Shown: positions 1-13,665, counted from the stretch's first letter. The stretch: 64,000 nucleotides of DNA from Octopus vulgaris (GCA_951406725.2 OX597833.1:21018001-21082000); one strand, 5' to 3'. Notes: generated by a model not told the origin, from the sequence alone. Made by a program: numbers and translations.

Positions 1-224
1 GCTGCTGTGTCTACGTCCCCCATCACTTAGTTGTTCAGCAAGAGAGACCGATAGAATAAGCACTAGGTTTACAAAGAATAAGTCCTGGGGTCAATTTGCT
101 CGACTAAAGGTAGTGCTCCAGCATGGCCACAGTCAAATGACTGAAACAAGTAAAAGAATAAAAAGAGAAAATGCCCTTTGCAGGTGCTGGTCCCATGTAA
201 AATGCACTCATGCTGGTGCAATGT

Positions 225-410
225 GAAACACACACCTGTGCCGGTGGCACGTAAAGAGCACGGAACACATTTTGTAAAGAGGTTGGCATTAGGAAGGGCA
301 TCCAGCTGCAGAAACTGTGCCGAAACAGGCAACTGGAATCTGGACAACTCCTCTCAAACTATCCAACCCATGCCAGCATGGAAAGCATACATTAAATGAA
401 TGATGATGAT

Positions 411-412
<2 letters not shown>
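225..412 (+). mobile_element. RTE-tail-related short repeat (3' end, (GAT)n tail)
   Basis: GGCATTAGGAAGGGCATCCAGCTG...CCAACCCATGCCAGCATGGAAAG...GATGATGAT matches the 3' UTR end of the RTE at 23685-25160. Confidence 0.75.
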
Positions 413-500
<88 letters not shown>

Positions 501-1387
501 TACATACAGACACTTGCCCAAGGTGCCACGCACCTTGGGCAAGTGTCTTCTACTATAGCCTTGGGCCGACCAAAGCCTTGTGAGTGGATTTGGTAGACAG
601 AAACTGAAGGAAGCCCGCCGTATATATGTATATATATGTTTGTGTGTCTGTGTTTGTCACCCTACCATCGCTTGACAACCGAAGGTGGTGTGTTTACGTT
701 CCTGTAACATAGCAGTTCAGTAAAAGAGTAAAGAGTATATATATATATATATATATTGGACTTTCACACAGTTTCTACTGAAGTCAGTCATAAGAAATTA
801 TTCAGCCTGGGGATATAAGTTGAAGACACTTGATCAAGATACCATAAAGTGGGACTGAACCTAAAAACATATAGTTGCAAAAGCAACATCCCTAACCACT
901 TAGCCATGCCTGTGCCCTACAATACCCATTAAAAAAAAATTTTTAAATAAATAAAAAGAGAGATGGTTATAGCTGGAATACCTTTGATCAATCAAGGATC
1001 TGCAGAGGGGACAACCCTAGCATAAAACAACAACAACTATAACAGTACTACAACAACTATAACAGCACTGCTATCTCTATCTTCAATGCCATTAATACTG
1101 CCAACCATTATTTAATGTGGACACCATTAATGTCAACAGTAACACCAAACCATTAAGCATAGCAACTAAATCTCTCTTTAATCACTACGACAGGTGGGGA
1201 GGGTGGAGGAGGAGAGAAAAAAACACAGCTACAGCTGGAACACATTCTGATCAAGATTGCTCTGGAGGTTAACCATTATTACCACCATCCTTAACATCCT
1301 CACTGCCACCACAAACCACCAAAACACTCCCCCACCCCACTGCTGTCACCTCTGCTGCCACCGCCACCAGCAGCGGCTGCAGCAACT

Positions 1388-1580
1388 GTGGAGGTGCAAT
1401 GGCCCAGTGGTTAGGGCAGCGGACTCGCGGCCATAAAAACGCAGTTTCGATTCCCAAACCGGGCATTGAGTGTTTATTGAGCAAAAACACCTAAGCTCCA
1501 CGAATCTCCGGCGTGGGGTAGTGGTGAACCCCGCTGTACTCTTTCACCACAACTTTCTCTCACTCTTTATTCCTACTTCT
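1388..1580 (+). mobile_element. tRNA-derived SINE family C, 5' part
   Basis: A-box TGGCCCAGTGG and B-box-like GTTTCGATTCCC; matches the copy at 16372-16751. Confidence 0.75.
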
Positions 1581-1864
1581 GCCACAAAGCAGAGGAACCA
1601 TGGTGTAACCCACTATGGTGTGGTAAAACTTTCAGACCCTAGTCTAGATTGCGAATCCTCTGTACCCCAGGATGGTTCAGCTCTCCACCCGTTAAAAGCC
1701 ACCGTTTACGGAATGAGGATAACAACGTAGCTTTCGCGCCCGTGCAACCACCAGTCTATCGCGTGTGGTGGGTGGATCTTCAAGTTGCCACACGCATTCT
1801 TAGTAGGTTAGAGTAGGCTCGAATTTGAGATTATTCTTTGTGGCTAATGGCGTGAGTCCTGATT

Positions 1865-2095
1865 GGAAGAAGTAGAAGAAGAAGAAGTAGAAGAAGAAGA
1901 AGAAGTAGAAGAAGAAGAAGAAATAGAAGAAGAAGAAGAAAAAGAAGTAGAAGAAGAAGAAAAAGAAAAAGAAGAAAAAGAAGAAGTAGATGAAGAAGTA
2001 GAAGAAGAAGAAAAAGAAAAAGAAGAAATAGAAGAAGAAGTAGAAGAAGAAGTAGTAGAAGAAGAAAAAGAAAAAGAAGAAGAAGAAGAAGAAGC
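1865..2095. repeat. (GAA)n-type imperfect microsatellite
   Basis: Direct inspection; explains the poly-E/L/S ORFs. Confidence 0.95.
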
Positions 2096-3344
2096 AGCAG
2101 TAGCAACTATGTCAGTAAAGCTTACTGTGCTAACAGGAATCATTGAGTGGGATATGATAAATGGCTTTTCTTAAACCACCAATAATCTGTTTGCTTGTTC
2201 ACAGTCAATATCCATATATAAGAAAGAAAGGTGTTTCTTATATTACACAAGAAAAGTAATGAAGTGACAGGGGTAGGAGGGAGTGTGGGAGATGCAGAGG
2301 CTGGGATTTCTGTTGTTTTCTGAGAACATGGAGAATATGTACACAAGGAAACTTCTTTTTTCTCCAAGGCACAAGCTTTCTGTATTGGCACCGGTGTAGA
2401 TAGGTACAGGTGTGGCTGCATGGTTTCTGTTTCAGTGCCACTGAGTGGCATCTTGAACAAATGTCTTCTATGGTAGTTCCAGGTTGACCAAAGCCTTGTG
2501 AGCAGATTTCGGAGACAGAAACTGAAAGAAGCCTGTCCTATATGCTTATATATGTATGGTGTGTGTGTGTACGTGTATATGTGTGTGTGTGTGTGTACAT
2601 GTGTGTGTTACTGTCTCCTTTTTTGACATTTTGTAATAGTTGTATGACTATTATGCAAGCAGTGATGAAGGGATGTATGTATGTATGTATATATGTATGT
2701 GTGTGTGTATCCTTATCTTGACGTCATGTGATTGTTGTAAATTTCCAATATTTTGCAGAAATATATCCAACTATGGGGAAAATATTACCTTGCTTGGAAA
2801 CAGGTGAGTGTGTGGAAACATGAAGGGCATCTTGGTCAAAAAATTTGCCTCGCAAAACTCTGTCCAGCTTATTCAAGCATGGAAAAGCGGACAATAAAAT
2901 TATGATGATGAAGACCAGTTTCCTCTCTCTATGATAGTGATGTCTAAGAGACAGATTAAGAGCAGAAACAGCTGGGCACTAGGGTTGCCACAGGGAGTTG
3001 CTTTGAGAATGTAAAAAAGTCAGAATAGACACTGCAAAACACCCTGTCTGTTGCATGCTTTCCCAGTTCCAGTAACTCATTACTCCAAGAAAGGCACCTG
3101 ATTTATCAACTCTCAAAAAGATGAAGGAGAGAAGCTGAGCAGAGCAGAATCATAGCAAGGCCATACCCAATGACTTCTACACCATCCTGTATTGATTTGA
3201 TTAACCATAACCAGGTTAATCAGAGCACCTCTGCAATTGTCTCTGATGAACACACAGCTCTCCCTACTTTCATATCCTTGGTTTCTTTATCAATCAAGCT
3301 ACTGTCATGCATTTACATGCTACTTTCTTGTCTTGCACATCCTC

Positions 3345-3780
3345 ATTATCATCATCATTTAATGTCCGCTTTCCATGCTAGCATGGGTTGGACGATTTGA
3401 CTGAGGACTGGGGAACCAGATAGCTGCAACAGGCTCTAATCTGATCTGGCAGAGTTTCTACAGCTGAATGCCCTTCCTAACGCCAACCACTCCGAGAGTG
3501 TAGTGGGTGCTATTATGTGCCACCGGCATGAGGGCCAGTCAGGCGGTACTGGCAACGTCCATGCTTAAATGATGCTTTTTATGTGCCACCTACACAGGAG
3601 CCAGTCCAGCGGCACTGGCAATGACCTCACTCGAATGTTTCACATGCCACCAGCACAAGTGCTAGTAAGGCAACGCAGGTAACGATCACGCTCGAATGGT
3701 GTTTTTAACGTGCCATCAGCATGGAGGCCAGCTTGTTGCTCTGGCCACGATCTCACTCGTATGGTACTCTTAGCACTCCA
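3345..3780 (-). mobile_element. RTE-tail-related repeat with ~60-bp internal subrepeats
   Basis: (CAT)n tail followed by TTTAATGTCCGCTTTCCATGCTAGCATGGGTTGG...CCCTTCCTAACGCCAACCACTCCG. Confidence 0.75.
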
Positions 3781-4319
3781 CTAGCAATGCTAAATAAGCC
3801 TTTATCATTCTGTATACGCTACATCTGATGCTTCACATTCTCAGTTTTTCTCTCAAATCACTTACACTCTGTCGTATATGCACACCGACATCACCCATCC
3901 AGTGGAGCATACTAGGTCCATTTGTTTCAAGCGTTCGCATATCCTCAGTAGTCACAACCCATGTCTCAATGCCATGTAACATAGCTGTTCACATACAGGC
4001 ATCATACAACCTGCCTTTCACTTTGAGGAAGAGGACCTGTGTTACAAACAGACATAGCAGCTCTCTGAACTTTGCACAGCCTATTCTCATTTACGCTAAC
4101 CCTCTTCCTAATTAATTGAGCGATGACCCTTTCTATAACTTACATCACCTGGGCCAGCAATTTGATGCTGCTGTAATTATTTCTGTCTGGGGCATCACCT
4201 TTGCTTTTGTAGCGGTTGATTATAATGCTGCTACACCAATCGTTGGGCATTACTCCCTCATGGACAACCTGATTAACTATACAGGTGACTAGGTCTTGTC
4301 CCACTCGACCAGACATTTT

Positions 4320-4821
<502 letters not shown>

Positions 4822-4852
4822 GTTATCGTGTTATTTGTCAACAAGCAGCCAG

Positions 4853-5080
4853 CCGATCGTGGTCGTTTGCCAGCCTCATCTGGCACCTGTGCCGGTGGCA
4901 CGTAAAAAGCACCCACTACACTCATGGAGTGGTTGGCGTTAGGAAGGGCATCCAGCCGTAGAAACATTGCCAGATCAGACTGGACCTGGTGCAGCCTTCT
5001 GGCTTCCCAGACCCCAGTTGAACTGTCCAACCCATGCCAGCATGGAAAGCGGATGCTAAACGATGATGAGGATGATGATG
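4853..5080 (+). mobile_element. RTE-tail-related repeat
   Basis: Same 3' end as the RTE at 23685-25160, ending in GATGATGAG/GAT repeats. Confidence 0.75.
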
Positions 5081-5432
5081 TATGTATGTAATACACACAT
5101 ACATACACACACACATGACAATGTTGAGCTGAGTTGTTAATGTCTCTAAGTAACTGCTGTAGACAGTAGTAGCAGCTCACCATGGCAGAGGAAGTAGACG
5201 ATGGTTGGCGTTATCGTGTTATTTGTCAACAAGCAGCCAGACAATGCAGTAACACTGTGTACAAGACAAGTGGCAGATGTCAGTGATAAATTACAATGTT
5301 TGGTGCAATTATTGGAATTGTCACTTATTAACCAGTTCAGTCTAAGAAAGTATGAAGACTGATTTACATCCGTTGGTGTTGTTCCAAGACAGACAAACCA
5401 GCAGAATTTCCAGATGTGGTATTTGACCTGCT

Positions 5433-5664
5433 AAGGTGGCAAGCTGGCAGAATCGTTAGCACGCCGGGCAGAATGCCTAGCGGTACTTCGTCTGCGTTAC
5501 GTTGTGAGTTCGAATTCCGCCGAGGTTGACTTTGCCTTTCATCCTTTTGGGGTCGATAAATTAAGTACCAGTTACGCACTGGGGTCGATGTAATCGACTT
5601 AATACCTATGTCTGTCCTTGTTTGTCCCCTCTGTGTTTAGCCCCCTGTGGGTAATAAAGAAATA
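5433..5664 (+). mobile_element. SINE family B (Nin/Deu-domain-like core) with 15-bp TSD
   Basis: Core GCCTTTCATCCTTTTGGGGTCGATAAATTAAGTACCAG; GGTATTTGACCTGCT duplicated at 5418-5432 and 5665-5679. Confidence 0.85.
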
Positions 5665-6557
5665 GGTATTTGACCTGCTTCTCTGCAATCAAGAAGGTGA
5701 CGAGGAAGTGCTGTTATGCAAAGCTGCTCAACAGGGAGAATACACAGGATGAAAAAGGGACTCTGTTATACTGACCCTACTGACAGAGTTGATAGCAATG
5801 TGGTAAATAAAGCAATCATGAACATGAAGGGATGGGAAGCTGTAGGTCCCTCAGGAATAACTGCAGAGATGCTCAAAATATCTCATGTGATACAGCATAT
5901 GATAACCATCTGTAATCAAATTGTACCTGATGCTGTCTGACCCTAAGACTGGAGAAGCAATATCATTATTCTTTTACTCTTTACTTGTTTCAGTCATTTG
6001 ACTGCGGCCATGCTGGAGCACCACCTTTAGTCAAGCACATCGACCCCAGGACTTATTCTTTGTAAGCCTAGAATTTATTCTATCAGTCTCTTTTGCTGAA
6101 CTGCTAAGTTACGGGGATGTAAATACACCAGCATCGGTTGTCAAGCGATATTGGGGAGACAAACACAGACACACAAACATATACACACACATAGGCGCGG
6201 GAGAGGCTGTGTGGTAAATAGCTTGCTTACCAACCACATTGTTCCAGATTCAGTTCCACTGCGTGGCACCTTGGGCAAGTGTCTTCTACTATAGCCTTGG
6301 GCCAAGGCTATATACATATATACGACAGGTTTCTTTCAGTTTCCGTCTACCAAACCCACTCACAAGATAAAGATAAAGGAGATGCATTAGAGAGAAACAA
6401 CTAAACTGGCACTAGTAGTCTGGTTCCTCTTTAGTTACTAAACTGGCACTCCATCGGTTATGATGACGAGGCTTCTAGTTGATCGGATCAATGAAACAGC
6501 CTACTCATGAAATTAACCATGCAGGTGATTGAGCATCCTACAGACACACATAACCTT

Positions 6558-6857
6558 GTTTGCTCCTTCTCGAGCCATGCCTGGCTCATAAGGGCCGGTT
6601 TCTCGGTTTCCTTGGCATATAGGTTCCCCACCTGGACGGGATGCCAGTCCGTCGCAGGTGAGCCGCATGATGCAGGAGGAAAGAGTGAGAGAAAGTTGTG
6701 GCGAAAGAGTCAGCATAAGTTCACCATTATCTTCTGCTGGAGCCGCGTGGAGCTTAGGTGTTTTGCTCATAAACACACACATCGCCCGGTCTGAGATTCG
6801 AACCTGAGATCCCTCGACTGCGAGTTCGCTGCTCTAACCACTAGACCATGTGCCTCT
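6558..6857 (-). mobile_element. SINE family C2 (V-domain-like core) nested in a family D SINE, 14-bp TSD
   Basis: ACACACATAACCTT at 6544-6557 and 6858-6871; core CCTGCGACGGACTGGCATCCCGTCCAGG on the minus strand. Confidence 0.85.
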
Positions 6858-7719
6858 ACACACATAACCTTAACATAGTTCTCAAGGGAGATTCAGCATG
6901 ACACAGAATGCAACAAGGCTGGCCCTTTGAATTTCAAGTACAATTCAATCTTGTAAGCTGAGTGGACTGGAGCAATGAGAATTTAAGTTTCTTGCTCAAT
7001 GGCACAATGTGCCACCAGGAATTGAACTCACTGGTGGGCTGAATACCCTAACCACTAAGCTATGTGCCACCACAAGAGAGAAGCAACTACAGAGGAATCA
7101 AGATACTAGATTAGTATGAAGGTCATAGAAGGGGTCAAGACCCGATAGGATGAGGTTTAGCTTTGTCACAAGAGAAGGCACCAAAGATGCATATTTCTTA
7201 GTGAGGCAATTGCAGGAGAAATACTTGGCTAAGAATAAACCACCATTTCTGGCTTTCACTGATTTGGGGAAAACATTTGACAAAGTACCATACTTAGTAA
7301 TTTGGTGGTCAACGAGGAAACTAGATGTAGATGAAAGGCTTGCGAGGCCTGTACAAGCTATGTACAAAGAGGCAGTAAGTGAAGTGAGGGATGACAAAGA
7401 CTTCAGTAACAAATTTGACATGGGGCAGAAGTAGTTTATGAAGGTTAAACCTCAGCTCCCTTATATTGGTCATAGTCCTAAAGACTAACACAGAATGATT
7501 TAAGACTGGATGGCCATGGAAACTCCTACAAGCTGAGGATCTAGTCCTCAGGGCTGAATCTATAGTGGAATTAATGGGGAAATTCCAATCATGGTAATTA
7601 AACCTAGAATTGAGAGGTGTTAAAGTAAATTTAGCAAAGACAAAGGTTTCAGCAAGTAGGAAAGAAGGCAGAACCTCTGTTTTCTTCAAGGAAACGAACT
7701 TGCTTGATATGCAGAAAAG

Positions 7720-8455
7720 GAGTAAATAACATTATTTACATTCGACGGATATTTGTCCTCATCTTGTTTGTTGTTAACACAACATTTCGGCTGATGTACC
7801 CTCCAGCCTTCAACAGGTGTCTTGGGGAAATTTCGAAACTGGGTTCTCATTCCTAAGGTATTTTTCAATGTTATTATTATTATTGTTGTTGTTATTGTTC
7901 AAGTCACTGCTTGGAATCGAACTCGGAATCTTGGGGTGAGTAGCCCGCGCTCTTAATCACTATGCCATATGCCCATGGGCAATTATGGAGTGAATTTTAG
8001 GGCTTGTAAATCTAATATTTTTCTATCCTTCCTTAATACTGATTCCCATATGCTGCTCATATCTGCACTTGGTCTGCTTAGGAGGTTGTTGTGTCCTAGC
8101 ATATGTGCTGCTTCTTTTAGTTTTTGTATTTTCCAGTAGTGTTCTCTGTCTATTATTTTAACTTCATCCTACAGGGAGAGGTGGTCTCCATTTTTCCATA
8201 CATGATCAGCTATATCCAATTTATCAATATTTCCTCATGTCACAGCTGCAATGTTCGTCTACCCTTATTTTGAGGGGGTGGCATGTTTCGCCTTTGTATA
8301 GCCTACCACAGCTGCATGGGATGGCGTACACACAGTCTTTGGTCACATTCTCTTCTATTGGTGGTTTTACTCAAATGAGATATTTGCGAAGTGTTGTATT
8401 ACTCTTGAAAACTCCATACACTGTACTTGATGTAAGCTATGGACACACAAGAGAT
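7720..8455 (-). mobile_element. Penelope-like element 3' fragment (GIY-YIG plus pLTR)
   Basis: Minus-strand peptide KPPIEENVTKDCVYAIPCSCGRLYKGET; HHR-like motif downstream at 7777-7820. Confidence 0.75.
7777..7820 (-). ncRNA. minimal hammerhead ribozyme-like motif (variant core CUGUUGA)
   Basis: ACAC-CTGTTGA-A-GGCTG..CAGCC-GAAA-TG-TT-GTGT. Confidence 0.6.
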
Positions 8456-8458
8456 GTA

Positions 8459-8860
8459 CTCTTTTACTTGTTTCAGTCATTTGACTGCGGCCATGCTGGA
8501 GCACCGCCTTTAGTCGAGCAAATCGACCGCAGGACTTATTCTTTGTAAGCCTAGTACTTATTCTATCAGTCTCTTTTGCCGAACCGCTAAGTTACGGGAA
8601 TGTAAACACACCAGCATCAGTTGTCAAGCAATGTTGGGGGGACAAACACAGACACACAAACATACACACACACACACACACATATATACATATATACGAC
8701 GGGCTTCTTTCAGTTTCTGTCTACCAAATCCACTCACAAGGCTTTGGTCAGCCCAAGGCCATAGTAAAAGACACTTGCCCAAAGTGCCACGCAGTGGGAC
8801 TGAACCCAGAACCATGTGGTTCGTAAGCAAGCTATTTACCACACCACCACCCCTATACCT
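8459..8860 (-). mobile_element. tRNA-derived SINE family A
   Basis: Matches the copies at 15823-16229 and 41521-41958. Confidence 0.85.
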
Positions 8861-9390
8861 GTAGTGAAATTACTGGCAGATTAACAGAGAAAGTAAGCTA
8901 TGTGTGCAACAGATGCTCTGGAGCAGTACGCAGCAGTACCACTCTTAAATATCTGGCTGGTTCACTAGAAGTAGTTGATAGCTTTTGTTACCTAGGAGAC
9001 TTAACCAGCAAGGGAAATAGTCACTCTGAAGATATGGTAGCCAGAGGAAGAATGGATTGGAGAGAGGACAAAGAGCTTCTATCACTGTGACAACAGAAAT
9101 CTTTTCCCGAAGAACAAAAGGTAGATTGTATGATGCTTGTATTAAAACTGCAATAACAACAATGATGATGATGATAATGGTTTCAAATTTTGGCACAAGG
9201 CCAGCAATTTTGGGGTAGGGGACAAGTCAATTACATTGACCCTGCCAGTGTTCAACTGATACTTATTTTATTGACCCCGAAAGGATGAAAGGCAAATTTG
9301 ACTTTGATGGAATTTGAACTCTGAATGAAAAGATGGATGAAATGCTGATGTTTGCCCAGGGTGCTAAAAATTCTGCCAGCTCACTGCCTA

Positions 9391-9394
<4 letters not shown>

Positions 9395-9454
<60 letters not shown>

Positions 9455-9506
9455 GGCAATACAAAAGACAATGGGGGTTTACATGGAAACGAGAAGTAGT
9501 AGTAGC

Positions 9507-9547
<41 letters not shown>

Positions 9548-9587
9548 AAGTGGTGGTGGTGGTAGTAGCAGCAGCAGCAGTAGTAGC

Positions 9588-9635
<48 letters not shown>
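9395..9635. repeat. (AAT)n and (AGT/AGC/GGT)n microsatellites
   Basis: Direct inspection. Confidence 0.95.
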
Positions 9636-10752
9636 TCAGCAACTAATCTTGCTTATGAAGAAAGCCACAATTTAATAAAATCTTAGCGTACATTGATTTG
9701 TCAGCTGAAGAACCTGATACGAAATTAAATAACTATGGCAGAATTGTTCTTTATCCAATGCAAACGCATGTTATGATTTATAATTCTATTCCTATTTTAT
9801 TTTATGTTTATGCTGCAATTGGTTTCCAATAATTCAGACATTCACAGCAACAGAAAAGATGGTTCGGTGCCAAGTATTTTGCATAGCACCAACTTCTAAA
9901 CCATATTGTAAAATAGTAGCAATGGAATTTTAAAACCCATGGCTGAAACTAAAAAAACCTCAATTGCCAGCTTTACCTCCATGAAAAACTGCAGTGTCTA
10001 TCAACAGGAAATATGAACTATCCTATTGCTGCCACCGGAGGTAATCTCTCCTGAGGAACTTCAAACTACTAGCTGCCGACAACCAAGATATATCACCTTA
10101 AAACTGACTGATTCTCAATCAAGATAGGATTCCCAGCCATCAATGCCTACACAGACTGAGGGTTTCATTTCATGAATTTTCTTTATTTTTTGCATATTTA
10201 GACAGAAAAATGGAAACAGTATTCGAAGCTCTTTCAGCCATTTGTTTGGAGATTTCTCTTATGGATGTACTGTGTTGGCAGTGCGTACATGCCACTGACA
10301 AAGCCCAATGAGAGAGAAATGTGTATCTAGTAATCCCACTGCTGTTGTTGGGAGACTCTTGTCTGTTAATAATATTCTTTCACCCTTTTACTTGTTTCAG
10401 TCATTAGACTGCAGCCAGGCTGGAGCACTGACTTAAAGGGTTTTAGTCAAAGAAATCAAGCTCAGGACTTATTCTTTGTAAGCCTAATACTTATTTTATT
10501 AGTCTCTTTTGCCAAACTGCTAGATTACAAGGACGTAAACACACCAACATTGGTTGTCAAATGATGGTGTGGGGGACAAACACAGACACATATATAGGCA
10601 TAGGTGCGGCTGTGTGGTAAGAAGCTTGCTTCTCAACCATGTAGTTCCGGGTTCAATCCCACTGCATAGCACTTTGGACAACTGTCTTCTACTATAGCCT
10701 CAGGACTTATTCTTTGTAAGCATAGTATATATATGTATACATATATATATAT

Positions 10753-10803
<51 letters not shown>

Positions 10804-10889
10804 CATATACATATATATACATATATATACATATACATATACATATATACATATACATATACATACATATACATATACATACATATACA

Positions 10890-11392
10890 TTCTCTTCCCG
10901 TCTGTCTTGATAGACAATGGGTCGCGCCAAGGGTGGGGCCTACTTTGATGATGAGCAGCGTCTGCTGTGACTGAACAGTCCAATTCTAGAGTGGCAGTCC
11001 CTGGTACAGTTGCTGCACACGAACATCGATGGGTACATGTGGGGTGTTGCTGCAGTTGTCCTCCTCCTGTCCCGCCTGTCCGACCACAGCTGTGCTCTCC
11101 TTTCCTCAGCCATGGAAACGCCTTTCCTCACTGTCCGACGCCAGGCAGAGCGGTCAGCAGCTGTTACCTCCCACGTGTCCACACAGATGTTGGCAGTCCT
11201 CAGGTCACGCTTGCACACATCCCTGTATCATAGCTGTGGACGTCCCTTGGGTCGGGATCCCGTGGTGAGTTCACTGTACAGGATGTCTTTAGGCATGCGA
11301 CCGTCCTGCATGCGGCAGACGTGTCCGAGCCAGTGCAGTCGTCTCCGCACGAGGAGGGCATGCATGCTTGGCATATTAGTCTGTTCTAGGAT
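10890..11392 (-). mobile_element. RTE-BovB-like LINE 3' fragment
   Basis: RRLHWLGHVCRMQDGRMPKDILYSEL...DRSAWR...[17 protein letters not shown], the typical BovB/RTE-1 C-terminus; one internal stop; inserted in a CATATA/TA tract. Confidence 0.85.
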
Positions 11393-11526
11393 ACATATAC
11401 ATATACATATATATATATATATATATATATTTACCCTTATTTGTAATTGCTAATAATTTTCACCTTTAAAGGTATTTTTAATATGCTGGCCACTTTGATG
11501 AAATTTTTGGAAAAAGGTTTATCCTA

Positions 11527-12578
11527 TCATCATCATCATCATCGTTTAACGTCCGTTTTCCGTGCTAGCACGGGTTGGATGGTTCGACCGGGGTCTGGGG
11601 AGCCAGGGGCTGCCCCAGGCTCCAGTCTGATCTGGCAGTGTTTCTACAGCTGGATGCCCTTCCTAACGCCAACCACTCCGCGAGTGTAGTGGGTGCTTTT
11701 TACGTGCCACCTGCACAGGTGCCAGAGGGTTCTGGCATCGGCCACGATCAGTTGGTGCTTTTTTTTTTTTTTTTTTTTTGTGCTACCGGCGCAGAAGCCA
11801 GTCAAGGCGGTGCTGGCATCGGTCACGTTCGGATGGTGCTTTTTATGTGCCACCGGCACAGAAGCCATTCGAGGCGGGGTTGGCATCGGTCACGTTCGGA
11901 TGGTGCTTTTTATGTGCCACCGGCACAGAAGCCAGTGGAGGCTGCACTGGCAACGGCCACGTTCGGATGGTGCTTTTAATGTGTCACCGGCACAGGTATC
12001 ACAACTACTGTTTCCATTGATATTTGGTTCGATATTCATGTGCCACCGGCACAGAAGCCATTCGAGGCGGGGTTGGCATAGGTCACGTTCGGATGGTGCT
12101 TTTTATGTGCCACCGGCACAGAAGCCAGTGGAGGCTGCACTGGCAACGGCCACGTTCGGATGGTGCTTTTTATGTGTCACCGGCACAGGTATCACAACTA
12201 CTGTTTCCATTGATATTTGGCTCGATGTTCAGGTGCCACCGGCACAGAAGCCATTCGAGGTGGGGTAGGCATCGGTCACGTTCGGATGGTGCTTTTTATG
12301 TGCCACCGGCACAGAAGCCAGTGGAGGCTGCACTGGCAACGGCCACGTTCGGATGGTGCTTTTTATGTGTCACCGGCACAGGTATCACAACTACTGTTTC
12401 CATTGATATTTGGTTCGATGTTCATGTGCCACCGGCACAGGAGCCATTCGAGGCGGGGTTGGCTTCGGTCACGTTCAGATGGAGCTTTTTATGTGCTACC
12501 GGCACAGAAGCCAGTGGAGGCTGCACTGGCGACAGCCACGATCAGATGGTGCTTTCTATGTGTCACCGGCACAGGTAT
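11527..12578 (-). mobile_element. RTE-tail-related repeat with an internal 193-bp higher-order tandem array
   Basis: About 4 copies of a 193-bp unit built from three ~65-bp GTGCCACCGGCACAG subunits. Confidence 0.85.
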
Positions 12579-12584
12579 CTAGAA

Positions 12585-12622
<38 letters not shown>

Positions 12623-13225
12623 CAGGCTTCTTTCAGTTTCCATCTACCAAATTCACTCACAAGGCTTTGATCGGCCTAAGACACTTGCCCAAGGTACCAC
12701 ACAGTGGGACTGAAGCCAGAACCATGTGGTTGGGAAGCAAGATTCTTACCACACAACCACTTGTGTTTTCAGACATAGTACATCCATAAGAGATATTATC
12801 TCTAGATGAAAACTGCAATTATTTTGCTTTTGCATGATGTATCAGCATTAAGTATGATATACGGATGGCTAGTTTACTCTAACACTGCTTCTGTTTCACA
12901 ACCCATGGCAGCATGGAATATGATCGGTAAATGAGTGTATATATATATATTTTTTACTTGCTTCCGTCATTTGACTGCAGCCATGCTTGAGCACCGCCTT
13001 TAGTTGAGGAAATCAACTCCATTACTTATTCTTTGTAAGATAGTCTTCTTTCAGCTTCCATCTACCAAATCCACTCACAGGGCTTTGGTCAGCATGAGGC
13101 TATAGTAGAAGACAGTTGTCCAAAGTGGTATGCAGTGGGATTGAACCTGGAACTACGTGGTTGAGAAGCAAGCTTCTTACCACACAGCCACACCTATGCC
13201 TATATATATATATATACACACACAC

Positions 13226-13422
13226 AAGAGGGTACTGAGAAGTTCCTGGTTTTAAAGGTATTGCAAAAGGCCTGGTTGGAGGTCCAATCTTCCAAGTTCT
13301 TTTATATGGACTGCTGTAATAAGTGTGTGAATCTGAGAGGGGAATATGTTGGATAAAATCATAATTAACTGAGCCTCATGTATTTTCTTTTACCCAAAGC
13401 CAGGAGTTTTTCAGCACCCCCT
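13226..13422. mobile_element. Tc1/mariner-type MITE
   Basis: Imperfect TIRs GAGGGTACTGAGAAGTTCCTGGTTT / AAAGCCAGGAGTTTTTCAGCACCCC. Confidence 0.6.
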
Positions 13423-13443
13423 TGTGTGTGTGAATGTGTGTGT

Positions 13444-13511
<68 letters not shown>

Positions 13512-13521
13512 ATGCATGTAT

Positions 13522-13665
13522 ATAGGGAGAATTCACAAAACAAAACAAAAGACGAAGACAGGTGGTGTAGACAACAAACAGATGTATTAGTATAACGCTT
13601 GGGAAGTGAAAAAGCCTTTAAGGTTTCGAGCCTATGCTCTTCCACAGAAAGGAGCACAGAAAGAA
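13522..13665 (-). mobile_element. Penelope pLTR remnant with degenerate HHR
   Basis: Same family as 46097-46262; minus strand TTT-CTGTGGA-AGAGCATAGGCTC-GAAA-CCTT-AAA. Confidence 0.6.

Larger units (their letters stand above)
5690..9150 (+). mobile_element. degraded RTE-clade LINE interrupted by nested SINEs and a Penelope fragment
   Basis: Collinear RT peptides: GPSGITAEMLK (~5840), TKDAYFLVRQLQEKYLAKNKPPFLAFTDLGKTFDKVP (7150-7434), LEVVDSFCYLGD (~8965); contains stops and frameshifts. Confidence 0.8.

Noticed and set aside
1831-2174. Poly-E/L/S ORFs (also the YI, HT, MYVC and poly-D/I/M ORFs at 4285-5183 and 58153-59324)
   Set aside because: They are translations of microsatellites with no splice or homology support
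2140-2230. Minus-strand ILTVNKQTDYW as a possible DYNC2H1 exon 3
   Set aside because: No AG acceptor, an early stop, and only superficial similarity
11575-12713. Long overlapping ORFs and a CRISPR-like periodicity
   Set aside because: Tandem repeat of a retroposon tail; the 'spacers' are themselves repeated, and the context is eukaryotic with no cas genes
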